A stretch of DNA of 33,146 bases from Clostridia bacterium (GTDB lineage: Bacteria; Bacillota; Clostridia; UMGS1810): assembly GCA_045543775.1 (NCBI GenBank), contig JAZPXS010000345.1, positions 1 to 33,146 on the forward strand, read 5' to 3'. Positions 17,239 to 26,748 of the stretch are shown here, piece after piece. Below the pieces are notes generated by a model, which saw nothing but the letters and a program-made list of their open reading frames with translations, had not been told where the DNA came from and made no database searches. The position numbers were made by a program, and so were the translations under genes. Numbering within the stretch: the first letter of the stretch is position 1; every line of letters begins with the position of its first letter.

Positions 17239-20235
17239 TTATTTTCTAACTAATGTGTATCGTGTTTGAGTATGATGTTTACCGTCTTCGGATATTACAG
17301 TAAATCTTATTTCATCTCTTCCTGCCAAGCCTATTGTTCCCTCCGTATCATTGGGACAACCGTTCACTATAATGCGTGCATCGGGGTGGATGTCTGCATT
17401 GTAGCAAAGATACTCTGCATCGGCAGGGATATGGATATAATTGACTCCATCCTTTTGTGACACGAAGAAGTTATCCTCTTCAAAACCAAAATGTATGTTT
17501 TTAAGCTCACAGTCATAGGATGGCTGGTCTATCTGGTCGACGATAAGTATTTCTACACCTAAACCGTCCACGCTGAGCTTTACACTTCCGTCGTCGCCAA
17601 TTGAATAGGTCTTTTGACTTTCGGCACCCAATACAGATTTTGCATCGCTTAAGCTAAAGTTCACATTCTGAGCACCTTGGGACATATTTACAAGGAAAAT
17701 ATATGTTTTTCCGTTATGCCGTTTTACAAGGTGGGCAAATCTGTCCGGGATAGCTGCACTAAGGTGTATGTCGGGAACATCCTCCACGGAAAGTATGACA
17801 TCCTTGTACTTAGCCAATTCCTCGCTCACATCGGTAACGTCCTTTAAGGCTTCCGCTTTATCTCTCATACCCTTGGTACCGTCGGGGTCATATAGAGTAT
17901 TATCCAGATGGAAGTGGGAGTACCAGATAACAGCCTGTGCACCGGCACATACGGACTGCCATGCCATATTGCGAAGCTCGGTAATGTTGGGGCCTCTTTT
18001 GCGGTTAGCATAGGTTCCGCCCATTGTGGGTCCTAAATCGGAAATCTGAACTACTGACCATACGGGGCGGTTCTTTATTCCCTCACTAAATCCCTTTACA
18101 TGCTCATAGACTTCCCAGATGGGATCGGTTACTCCGTCGTTACCTGTAATTGGATACAGGTCGGGGGCATACACATCGTGACTGCCCGAATAGCCAATTG
18201 CATTGGTTTTTCCGCCGCCTCCTGTACCATAGGTGAGATGATCCATATCTATTTCACTTAATATCTGATTTTGCCACGTAAGTCTTTCTGACCACTGAAG
18301 ATAAGGAGCTTCATTATTAATCTGATAGCCCATATGAGCCTCCAGATTTTTAAGGTCCAAATCCTCTACTATTCTTTCCAGCACGACTCTCTCACTGGCA
18401 ATGGTGGATATGTCGCTGTGCTGAAACTGTTTGCGGAAAGCATCCTTGTATACAGATTCGGTATTTAGCATAACGGATATTCCGCTTTGTGCAAATTTCT
18501 CATAGTTTTCATAATTTTCCCAATGGGAAGAAAAAGAATTTTCTATTATAAAATCTATGGGTTTATTTGCAAAATCCGTCAACACCGACATATCTTTGAA
18601 GCTTCTTGCATAAGCACCGATTCCGAAATACGGTTCCCCATCCTTAACCACGCGTCCGTAGTCATCGAAATAGTATTTGGGCTTGTAATCTTCCTCTCTT
18701 TTTCGGAGTATCCAGTGATTGACATCAAGCTCTGTATTATCATTAATGTTTATAAGTCTTATTGCCAGATCATAATCACCGATTGCAAGCTCTCCTGACG
18801 AAAAGCTGATATCCATTCTATCCGAAATATCCGATATCTCCGAATGTCTTATAACATTGGAAATCTTGCCGCCGGTTATAGGTGATATTTCTGCAATAAG
18901 CTTATAGTCCTCTTCATTCAAAAATGTGCCAAGTCCATTTATATAGGAAGTAACCCGTATATCTCCCCTGCCGTCCGGGTCTGTTATAAGACCTTTGTAT
19001 GCAGGTTTATCAAGAACTGTTGTAAGCGGATTATATATAACTTTAAATATTTTTATATTGTCAATCCATACATTTCCCTTTACAACAGAATTGCTATCGG
19101 CAGTATTGGCGTCCTTTATCTGGATTGCCATACGCACAAATTCCGGATTGCTTTCTGCACTTATGGCACCGGAAACATAGGTCTGCTTAGTCCAGTCGGT
19201 ATTTTTGGTAATATCGCCGCCGTAGATATACCCGCCTCCGATATTTGTATTTGATGCGTTGTACCACTCAATACCTATACGGACACTTGCGTTTTCCATA
19301 CCCTCTGTCTTGATATCCCAGCTGATACAGTACTCTGTTCCGGCTTCTACATCATCAAAAAATATATTTTCGGTAGAGGCACTGCCACCGGCTGAGTGCT
19401 TTATTGAACGGGATGAATCCTTACCCACGGTTGTGTCTACTACTGCCGGAACAGTGTCTACTCCGGTATGAGTAAGATCAAAGGAAATATTGTCATCCTC
19501 AAAATCTTCAAAAGCTACCTCAACGCTGGGATACTGCAAAACTGTCTTTTCCACAGGAATTATATCCTGTAAATGGTCATCATAGGCATTTACATCGGAT
19601 ATGAGAACTCTGTCTATAAACACACAGAATTCAAGCCTTGTAATATCGTCTGTAGGCTTAAAACAATTATTGCCATTAAGGTCGGCAACATTCATATTTA
19701 CAAGTGTTGTAACAGCATCCAGAGCATAGTCGGATATACTATCCGCATCGGCAATAGTATATCTTTCTGTTTCTTCCAGTGCTATTGATTTGTAATTTGC
19801 CATATTTGCAACAATTACTGCGGCATCCTGACGGGTTATATTGCTTCCTATTCCAAAGGAGCCGTCACCTGCACCCTGCATAAGACCTGCACTGCAGGCG
19901 GCATTTACATAGCTCTCATACCAGGAGCCTGCCTCAACATCGTTAAACGAGCTGCCGGCACCGCTTAATGGTGCCCCGGCAGCCTTGACAATAATCTTGG
20001 CTGCCTCTTCACGCGTGAGAGTGTCGTTGGGGGCAAATTTACTGCTCGTTTTCCCTTCCACAATACCCTGCTCATAAAGACTCTTTACACTATAGTATCC
20101 ATTGGAAAAAGTCCAGGCACGAGGCATATCGGTAAAAGGTAATTGTGCCGCTGCAAAAGCCGTTGGGATAACCGAAGTAAATATTGCAAAAGCAACAATC
20201 AGGGTTATTATTTTTTTTAGATGTTTTCTATTCAT
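17239..20235 (-). CDS. SLH-anchored multidomain putative glycoside hydrolase (SLH x3, CBM4/9-like, beta-sandwich, TIM-barrel-like with NNE motif, beta domain, cadherin-like C-terminus)
   Basis: 998 aa. Signal peptide ...TAFA/AA. SLH repeats (LTREEAAKIIV, ITRQDAAVIV, ITRLEFCVFI). CBM_4_9-like segment ending NVWIDNIKIF. GEPYFGIGAY and QINNEAP (Glu codon 18310-18312) resemble clan GH-A strands. C-terminal Cadg-like RFTVISEDGKHHTQTRYTLV. Confidence 0.65.
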   Translation of the reverse strand: MNRKHLKKIITLIVAFAIFTSVIPTAFAAAQLPFTDMPRAWTFSNGYYSVKSLYEQGIVEGKTSSKFAPNDTLTREEAAKIIVKAAGAPLSGAGSSFNDVEAGSWYESYVNAACSAGLMQGAGDGSFGIGSNITRQDAAVIVANMANYKSIALEETERYTIADADSISDYALDAVTTLVNMNVADLNGNNCFKPTDDITRLEFCVFIDRVLISDVNAYDDHLQDIIPVEKTVLQYPSVEVAFEDFEDDNISFDLTHTGVDTVPAVVDTTVGKDSSRSIKHSAGGSASTENIFFDDVEAGTEYCISWDIKTEGMENASVRIGIEWYNASNTNIGGGYIYGGDITKNTDWTKQTYVSGAISAESNPEFVRMAIQIKDANTADSNSVVKGNVWIDNIKIFKVIYNPLTTVLDKPAYKGLITDPDGRGDIRVTSYINGLGTFLNEEDYKLIAEISPITGGKISNVIRHSEISDISDRMDISFSSGELAIGDYDLAIRLININDNTELDVNHWILRKREEDYKPKYYFDDYGRVVKDGEPYFGIGAYARSFKDMSVLTDFANKPIDFIIENSFSSHWENYENYEKFAQSGISVMLNTESVYKDAFRKQFQHSDISTIASERVVLERIVEDLDLKNLEAHMGYQINNEAPYLQWSERLTWQNQILSEIDMDHLTYGTGGGGKTNAIGYSGSHDVYAPDLYPITGNDGVTDPIWEVYEHVKGFSEGIKNRPVWSVVQISDLGPTMGGTYANRKRGPNITELRNMAWQSVCAGAQAVIWYSHFHLDNTLYDPDGTKGMRDKAEALKDVTDVSEELAKYKDVILSVEDVPDIHLSAAIPDRFAHLVKRHNGKTYIFLVNMSQGAQNVNFSLSDAKSVLGAESQKTYSIGDDGSVKLSVDGLGVEILIVDQIDQPSYDCELKNIHFGFEEDNFFVSQKDGVNYIHIPADAEYLCYNADIHPDARIIVNGCPNDTEGTIGLAGRDEIRFTVISEDGKHHTQTRYTLVRK

Positions 20236-23196
20236 TTATTCTACCGGCTTTTCTCTTATTACAATATTATAGGTTGTGTTGCTCTCATGTGCACCGTCCT
20301 CGGAGACAACGGTAACTACGAATTTGTCAAGACCTTCTATGGAAATCTTTCCGCTATGAGATACCTCACTGCCATTTATTAATAGCTTAGCATCCTTGTG
20401 AGTTTTAGCATCGTAGTAGATTTCTGTAGCACATGATGGCAGGAAAACTGTACGTTCATTATCGCCTATAGATACAAAGTAGCTCTTTTCACCGTTTGTA
20501 ATATTAAGGTTATCAAGAGTGCAATCGCAGGAGAGCTGTTCGCCCTGTTCGATTATAAGCACTTCTACACCGAGAGCATCCAGACTAATGTCTACATAGC
20601 CCTCTTCGTCAACCTTATATTCCTTGTTGGCGTATGCACCAAAAACGGATTTTGCATCAGAGAGCTTTATGCTTACAGACTGCGACTGCTTTTTATCCAT
20701 ATTTACAAGGAACACATATGTCTTTCCGTCATATCTGCGGACAAGATGCACAAGCTCCTCGGGAATTCCTGCTTTTGGATACACATCGGGAGCATCCTCC
20801 ACGGACAAAATCGCATCCTTGAACTTGAGTACTTCCTCGGTTACACCAAAGTATTCGGGCATTGTTTCCGACTTGGGACGGGAGATATTGGGATATGCCT
20901 TTTCGTCCAGATGGAAGTGTGCATACCATATAATACCCTGTGTTCCGCCGCAAACGGACTGCCACGCCATATTTCTGAGTTCCGTTTCGTTAGGTCCTCT
21001 TTTTCTGTGAGCATAAGCTCCGCCCATGGTAGGTCCAAGGTCGGAAATCTGAAGTGCGAACCACATAGGACGGTTAAAGGAGTAATCATAAAATCCCTTT
21101 GCCTGGTCGTAAACACTTCTTATGTCATCTGTATCGAAGCCTTCAATAGGATAGCGGTCTGGAGCATATATATCCTGACATCTTGCATAGTCAATTGCAG
21201 CCTGCTTACCACCGGCACCAACGCCGTAGGTAAGATGGTTAAAATCAACAGCATCAAATATTTTCTGCTGCCAAGCAAGTCTTTCCGCCCATTCGTTTGC
21301 AGGGCTTTCGTTGTTGGTCTGATAACCCAGATGAGCAGGATGATCTATAAGTCCCAGATCCTCAATGGTTCTCTCCACAATTGCTCTCTCCGAGGCAATT
21401 GTAGTAACATCAACGTGCTGATATGCAGGTCTGAAAGCATCCTTGAACATTGACTCTGTGCTTATCATTGATGTCATTCCATACTCTGCAAGCTTATCCA
21501 TAACCTCTTTACTTGTCCAGTAACGGCTAAAGGAGTTCTCTATAACAAAATCAATGGGAGAATCCTTAAAGTCCTCAACTGCATCGGGATGGGTGTTTCT
21601 TGCATAGACACCAATCGCAAACCAGGGTTCACCGTTTCTCAGCAGTCTGCCGTATTCGTCAAAGCTATAGGTTGATTTGAAGTCGGGTTCTCTTTTTCTT
21701 ATAACATAGCCGTTATAACCAATTTGTCTTCCCGTCTCAATATCCATAAGCTTTGTATACAGGATATAGTCACCTACGGATAAATCCTTTGACGAGAATG
21801 TAACATCCATTTCCTTTGTAGGATTGGTGATTTTGGACTCGGTTATAACATTGCCGTCCATATCGGTAAGAGCAGTTGTAAGCTCGCATTTTGCCGGATC
21901 GTAGGAAGCACCGAGACCTTCTATATATGTAGTAAGGTGAATATCGCTTTCGCCATTGGGGTCAGTGATGAGGCCCTTGTAGGCAGGCTTGTTGAGATAT
22001 GACTTAACAGGTTCAAAAACGATTCTGTACAGGTCAAGATTATCTATATAAACCTTACCGTCGGTCTTTCCTCTTATGGAGATTACTATACGAAGATACG
22101 CAGGAGGCTTATCCGGTGAGGGGGATGTGGTTGAACCCTGATAGGTCTTCCAATCTGTATCGCCATAGGTATCTGCTGTCTTTATGTAGGAACCGCCCAA
22201 AGCAACACCTGATGTTGTTACCCACTCAAGATTTACACGGGCATAGCAATCGCCAAGCCCCTCGGTCTTCATATCCCAGCTCATAATATAGTTGGTGCTG
22301 GGAGCATAATCATACAGATATAGCTCAAATGATGAGTAATCATCGCCGTCGCCCTCGAGCACCAGAGCACCGCTTCCGTCTACGCCGGCATCCTTAACAA
22401 GGTACTCAGAGGCAGGCTTTCCGCCGTGTCTTGCCTCATAGTCGCCAAGTGTCTTGATTTTGCCTTCAAAATCCTCAAAAGCAACAGACTCATTGTCATA
22501 TTCGGATATATCCTTATCCACGGGAATCCAATCCTGAATATGGTCGTCATATGCATTTACATCGGATATAAGAAGTCTGTCAAGCCATACGCAAAAATCA
22601 AGTCTTGTTATATCTTCTTTGGGTTCAAACTTGCTATTTACAAGGTCAATTACATTGAACTTAACAAGCTTTTCTATAGCTTCCTTGGCATAAGCAGATG
22701 CATCTGCAATGTCAGCTACAGTATGTTCTGTAATCAGCTCTATTCCGATATTCAGGTAATCTGCCATTCTGACAAGCAGCACTGTTACATCCTGACGGGT
22801 AATATTCTGACCTACGCCAAACTGATTGTTCCCGATACCTTTCATAAGTCCGGACTCATTTACTGTTTCTACATTCTCTTCATACCAGCTTCCGGAAACT
22901 ACATCTGTAAATGTATCTCTGTTTGCTGATACCGGAAGCTCAGCAGCCAGAGAGATAATCTTGGCTGCTTCCTCACGGGTAAGAGGGTCATTGGGAGCAA
23001 ATAATGTATCGGTTTTTCCTTCTATTATGCCTTTTTCCCACAGAGCTTTAACATTCATATAGCCGGAGCTGTTTGTACGCACAATATCTGTAAATGGGAA
23101 CTCCGCCTTGTATGTTTCGTCTGCAAAAGCAGGCATAACACCAAAGGAAGAAAGAAGCATTGCAAAAACCAGCAATAATAATGTAAAACGCTTCAT
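20236..23196 (-). CDS. SLH-anchored multidomain putative glycoside hydrolase, tandem paralogue of 17239..20235
   Basis: ORF track 20236..23226. The ATG at 23196 (MKRFTLLLLVFAMLL..AFA/DE signal peptide) follows AAGGAGG. Collinear with the neighbour (NKPAYKGLITDP, QTNNESP with Glu codon 21307-21309, LQISDLGPTMGG, RKRGPNETELRNMAWQSVC, FLVNM). Its TAA stop directly abuts the next ATG. Confidence 0.65.
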   Translation of the reverse strand: MKRFTLLLLVFAMLLSSFGVMPAFADETYKAEFPFTDIVRTNSSGYMNVKALWEKGIIEGKTDTLFAPNDPLTREEAAKIISLAAELPVSANRDTFTDVVSGSWYEENVETVNESGLMKGIGNNQFGVGQNITRQDVTVLLVRMADYLNIGIELITEHTVADIADASAYAKEAIEKLVKFNVIDLVNSKFEPKEDITRLDFCVWLDRLLISDVNAYDDHIQDWIPVDKDISEYDNESVAFEDFEGKIKTLGDYEARHGGKPASEYLVKDAGVDGSGALVLEGDGDDYSSFELYLYDYAPSTNYIMSWDMKTEGLGDCYARVNLEWVTTSGVALGGSYIKTADTYGDTDWKTYQGSTTSPSPDKPPAYLRIVISIRGKTDGKVYIDNLDLYRIVFEPVKSYLNKPAYKGLITDPNGESDIHLTTYIEGLGASYDPAKCELTTALTDMDGNVITESKITNPTKEMDVTFSSKDLSVGDYILYTKLMDIETGRQIGYNGYVIRKREPDFKSTYSFDEYGRLLRNGEPWFAIGVYARNTHPDAVEDFKDSPIDFVIENSFSRYWTSKEVMDKLAEYGMTSMISTESMFKDAFRPAYQHVDVTTIASERAIVERTIEDLGLIDHPAHLGYQTNNESPANEWAERLAWQQKIFDAVDFNHLTYGVGAGGKQAAIDYARCQDIYAPDRYPIEGFDTDDIRSVYDQAKGFYDYSFNRPMWFALQISDLGPTMGGAYAHRKRGPNETELRNMAWQSVCGGTQGIIWYAHFHLDEKAYPNISRPKSETMPEYFGVTEEVLKFKDAILSVEDAPDVYPKAGIPEELVHLVRRYDGKTYVFLVNMDKKQSQSVSIKLSDAKSVFGAYANKEYKVDEEGYVDISLDALGVEVLIIEQGEQLSCDCTLDNLNITNGEKSYFVSIGDNERTVFLPSCATEIYYDAKTHKDAKLLINGSEVSHSGKISIEGLDKFVVTVVSEDGAHESNTTYNIVIREKPVE

Positions 23197-23238
23197 AAAT
23201 ACCTCCTTGCTTAACTTTTCTATCATATAATGTGAATT

Positions 23239-24816
23239 TTACTTACCTATTGTCTTATTCATTTCATTACTTACTTCGTCGATCTTGTTCTGAATGCTCT
23301 TGAGCTTATTCTTCCACTCTTTTTCTACATCGTCTGTTTTGGTAATGATTTCTGCCATTATTGTGCTTATATCGTGTGTGGAAGAGAACTTGCTGTAAAT
23401 GTCGGAATTGTAGAATTCCACATCAAGGTCAAGCTTCTTTGTTTCGGGCTTGGAATCAAATTTCGCCTTCATAAATGCACTTACTGCATCGACATTTTCC
23501 TTTTTAACGTTGGCACCTATACGTGCAACAGGGTTAAAGCTGCCAAAGAAGTCTGCAGATGGATATACATCGGAGAGCTTTGCAACGGAGCCGTCTTCCT
23601 TTGGAGGAATAAGAGAGGAAATTGTTCCGTCTTCCTTAACCTCGTAGTCCTTACCCTCAAAACCGTTTAAGAGAAGCATTCCGCCCTCTTCACTTGCAAA
23701 GAAGTCTATCATAGAAAGAAGTCTGTTATATGCTTCGTCATCTATTTCAGGTCTGAAGTACAGGCAAGACCAGTAGTTTGCCATTTCTCTTGCTCTTACC
23801 TTGCCATCCTTACCCTCTATCCACGCAAGCTTTAAGCATTCGTCGGGATTAAGTCCGGGGTTTGCCTGACCAAAGGTTGTTTTGTATGACTGGAAGTCCG
23901 AAGCACCGCAGCTTGTAAAGAGTATGCCGGCTTTTCCTGAATGAAGATATCCGGCAATATCGGATGCTTTGTGTGTAAAGAATGTGGGATGGAGCACGCC
24001 TTTGTCATATGCTTCCTTATATGCTTTAAGTCCCTCTACGGTTGCCTTGTCGTTATAGCCGGAAACATATTTGCCCTTGCTGTTTTTGTAGAAAACATTC
24101 CAGTTGGGGTTCTGTGCATGAACAAATATGAAAGGTGCGTTTGCAGGACTTACTGCAACACCCATATTATTTGACTGACCAACACCGCCAAGGTCGGCTT
24201 TCTTAAATTCTACTGCCATATTGATAAAGTCATCATAAGCCATAATATCGGATGTTTCGATACCAAGCTTATCTGCCCAGTCTTTTCTGTAGATAAAGCC
24301 GTGTCTGTCAAGGTTGGGAACATCCGAACCAAAGCCGTACTGCTCAACTGAGCTCATAGCTCTGGGAATACCGAATATCACACCGTCTCCCTCTTTTTCG
24401 AGCTTTTCGAGTATTCTTGTACGCTCAAGTCCTGCTTTAATGTTGGGATATTTTTCTGCATAATCTTCAGGAAGTGCTTTAACAAGTCCCTGCTTGCCCC
24501 AGCTGATGTAGTCATTGTACACAAACTCACTGAAAATCATATCGGGCAGTGTGCCTGCTGTAGCAAGAAGTCTTGTCTTTTCTGCCATACCGTCCATTGT
24601 CATTGACTGAACATCAAACTCTATGCCGAATTTATCGGAAATGAATTTGCAGAGTTCATCGTCCTGCCAGCCTTCAAGAGGACTTAGTGCACCAACTGTA
24701 ACAGTGATTTTTTCTCCGTCAGCAACATTTGTTTTCTTGTCTCCGCAAGAAGCAAACATTGCCATAGCCATAACGGCTATCAACATAACTGCCAAAATTC
24801 TTGTAAACTTTTTCAT
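23239..24816 (-). CDS. ABC transporter extracellular solute-binding lipoprotein (family 1, LplA/YtcQ-like, oligosaccharide)
   Basis: 525 aa. Lipobox MFASC. Size and composition are typical of large CUT1 sugar-binding lipoproteins. AGGAGG SD 7 nt upstream. Confidence 0.75.
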   Translation of the reverse strand: MKKFTRILAVMLIAVMAMAMFASCGDKKTNVADGEKITVTVGALSPLEGWQDDELCKFISDKFGIEFDVQSMTMDGMAEKTRLLATAGTLPDMIFSEFVYNDYISWGKQGLVKALPEDYAEKYPNIKAGLERTRILEKLEKEGDGVIFGIPRAMSSVEQYGFGSDVPNLDRHGFIYRKDWADKLGIETSDIMAYDDFINMAVEFKKADLGGVGQSNNMGVAVSPANAPFIFVHAQNPNWNVFYKNSKGKYVSGYNDKATVEGLKAYKEAYDKGVLHPTFFTHKASDIAGYLHSGKAGILFTSCGASDFQSYKTTFGQANPGLNPDECLKLAWIEGKDGKVRAREMANYWSCLYFRPEIDDEAYNRLLSMIDFFASEEGGMLLLNGFEGKDYEVKEDGTISSLIPPKEDGSVAKLSDVYPSADFFGSFNPVARIGANVKKENVDAVSAFMKAKFDSKPETKKLDLDVEFYNSDIYSKFSSTHDISTIMAEIITKTDDVEKEWKNKLKSIQNKIDEVSNEMNKTIGK

Positions 24817-24849
24817 TGTGTTTCCTCCTTAAAATACTTGGATATTAAA

Positions 24850-25719
24850 TTAACCTTTTACTGCACCTACTGTAAGTCCCGACATAAAGTACTTTTGCAG
24901 GAAAGGATAAAGTACCATAATAGGTGCCATTGTTACAACAAGGCTTGCCATCTTGATGCTCTGCGGAAAGACCTTCTGGTCAGCGATATCCGCATTTGCC
25001 GCCTCAGACACCGTGGTGTTTATTATGTTTCGAAGCACAAGCTGAATAGGCCATTTTTTCTCATCATTCAAATAGAGCATTGCCTGATACCACTGATTCC
25101 ATGTGCCGACACATATGAAGAGAAATACTGTTGCCAGAATCGGAAGTGCAAGAGGAATATATATTCTTGCATATATTGTAAGGTCGTTGGCACCGTCAAG
25201 CTTTGCTGACTCCTCTAAGCTATCGGGTATAGTATAAAAGAAGCTTTTTATGAGTATCATATTATACGGACTTGCAACCATCGGGAGAATGACCGCCCAA
25301 AGAGAATTCATAATACCCAGATTCTTTATGAGCAAATATGCAGGAATCAATCCGCCGCCGAAATACATAGTAAGCACTACCATATTGTTTATCGTTTTGG
25401 AAAAAAGAAAGCTTTTTCGGGAAAGTGAATATGCTATTGCTGAATTTACCACCATATGCATCGGTACTACTGTAAAGATAAGTATAAAGGTGTTTTTGTA
25501 GCCTGTGGGTATTTTTCCACCTGAAAAAAGCTCTCTGTAGGCTGCCAGTGTAGGCTCTTTTACCATATACGGGATGGGGTTTAAGGCAAGCTCCTTTTCT
25601 GTCATAAACGAAATCAGAATACTGCTGTAGAAAGGATATACAACAACGATTGCCAAAACAACAAAAACAAATGTCAAAACGATATTGACTACGTCTATTT
25701 TCTTATTTTTCAACATCAT
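24850..25719 (-). CDS. carbohydrate ABC transporter permease (LplC/YtcP-like)
   Basis: ORF track 24850..25752 overlaps the upstream gene. ATG at 25719 or 25716 follows AAGGAAAGGAG. Multi-TM protein with an EAA-like loop (SLEESAKLDGANDLTIYARI). Confidence 0.8.
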   Translation of the reverse strand: MMLKNKKIDVVNIVLTFVFVVLAIVVVYPFYSSILISFMTEKELALNPIPYMVKEPTLAAYRELFSGGKIPTGYKNTFILIFTVVPMHMVVNSAIAYSLSRKSFLFSKTINNMVVLTMYFGGGLIPAYLLIKNLGIMNSLWAVILPMVASPYNMILIKSFFYTIPDSLEESAKLDGANDLTIYARIYIPLALPILATVFLFICVGTWNQWYQAMLYLNDEKKWPIQLVLRNIINTTVSEAANADIADQKVFPQSIKMASLVVTMAPIMVLYPFLQKYFMSGLTVGAVKG

Positions 25720-25732
25720 TATTCTCCTTTCC

Positions 25733-26689
25733 TTAAGACAGAATACCCACATCGCTGATGCGTTTGGATATGTGGTCTACAAAAATAAGAATTGCAAGGT
25801 TAATAACCGTCTTAAAAAGTCCGACTGCTGTACTGAACGAAAAGTCACTGCCGGATACAAAGGTTATTCTGTAGATATATGTATCGAGTATATCACCTGC
25901 GGTCTGTACAACAGGGTTAGCAAGGTTCATTATCTGGTCAAAGCCGTCATTGAGCACCCTGCCTGCATACATTGTAAGAAGCATAAGTATAGTCGGACGG
26001 ATGGAGGGAATGGTTATATGCCATATCTTTTGAAGTCTCTTTGCTCCGTCGATATCAGCTGCCTCATAGAGTGCATGGTCAATACCCGTTATCGCTGCGA
26101 GATACACTATACTGGAATATCCGGCATCTTTCCATATGCTTGTTATATACAGTATCGGAACAAATGCTTTCTCGTTTCCGAGAAACGCCTGTCTCTCAAA
26201 ACCAAGTGCCTCCAGAATAGCATTGATAGGACCGCTGAAATCAAGGAAATTGATTATAATTCCGGCAAGGATAACCCAGGAAATAAAATGCGGGAAGGTG
26301 TATACTGTCTGGAGTATCTTCTTTCTCCTTCTTCCGCGAAGTTCGTTGAACAAAACTGCCAATATAATCGGCATAGGGAACTCTATGAGAATTCTTCCGA
26401 AATTAATCTTTAAGGTATTAAAGAGAACATACCAAAAATAAGAATCCGTAAAAAGAGATTTAAAATTATCAAATCCAATCCATGGACTTCCGATAATTCC
26501 CAGACCGGCATTGAATTCCTTGAAAGCCAGGGTTATACCATACATTGGTATATAGTTGAATATAATATAGAATATTATAGCCGGGAGCATGAGAAGATAA
26601 AGATATCTGTTAGTAACAAGCTCACCAACAATATTTCTTTTCTTTTTTGGCACAGCATCCGCTTTTTTTGAAAGCGTCACATAAATCAC
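25733..26689 (-). CDS. carbohydrate ABC transporter permease (LplB-like)
   Basis: 318 aa. The KKKRNIVGELVTNRYLYLLMLP N-terminus is typical of LplB-type permeases. EAA loop ALYEAADIDGAKRLQKIWHITIP. Start (GTG at 26689 or 26680) is uncertain. Confidence 0.8.
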   Translation of the reverse strand: MIYVTLSKKADAVPKKKRNIVGELVTNRYLYLLMLPAIIFYIIFNYIPMYGITLAFKEFNAGLGIIGSPWIGFDNFKSLFTDSYFWYVLFNTLKINFGRILIEFPMPIILAVLFNELRGRRRKKILQTVYTFPHFISWVILAGIIINFLDFSGPINAILEALGFERQAFLGNEKAFVPILYITSIWKDAGYSSIVYLAAITGIDHALYEAADIDGAKRLQKIWHITIPSIRPTILMLLTMYAGRVLNDGFDQIMNLANPVVQTAGDILDTYIYRITFVSGSDFSFSTAVGLFKTVINLAILIFVDHISKRISDVGILS

Positions 26690-26748
26690 ATCCTTTTTTA
26701 ATTTTGTTGTTTATCAAAACACTTTTCGTGAGTAAAGAGTTATTAAGG

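Noticed and set aside
20746-21453. Long plus-strand ORFs antisense to well-supported genes: 20746..21453 (235 aa), 25685..26413 (242 aa), 7548..8132 (194 aa), 27103..27651 (182 aa), 22426..22929 (167 aa) and many shorter ones.
   Set aside because: All lie entirely inside minus-strand genes with strong family signatures. Their translations are Cys/Ile/Phe-rich low-complexity sequences with no SD and no recognisable motifs. They are typical shadow ORFs of AT-rich coding DNA.
17239-23226. Possibility that the tandem paralogues are a DGR template/variable repeat pair or the product of recent gene conversion.
   Set aside because: The DNA of conserved protein blocks differs at many positions of all types, not only at adenines. 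No reverse transcriptase gene is present. The similarity is spread over the whole length rather than confined to a short repeat.
23197-23226. N-terminal extensions implied by the ORF-track starts at 23226, 25752, 27663, 5702, 6773, 9528, 504, 722 and 28846.
   Set aside because: In each case an internal ATG or GTG has a much better placed GGAGG-type SD. The extension also overlaps the upstream gene, a hairpin or the SD itself. Shorter starts were adopted, although they remain predictions.
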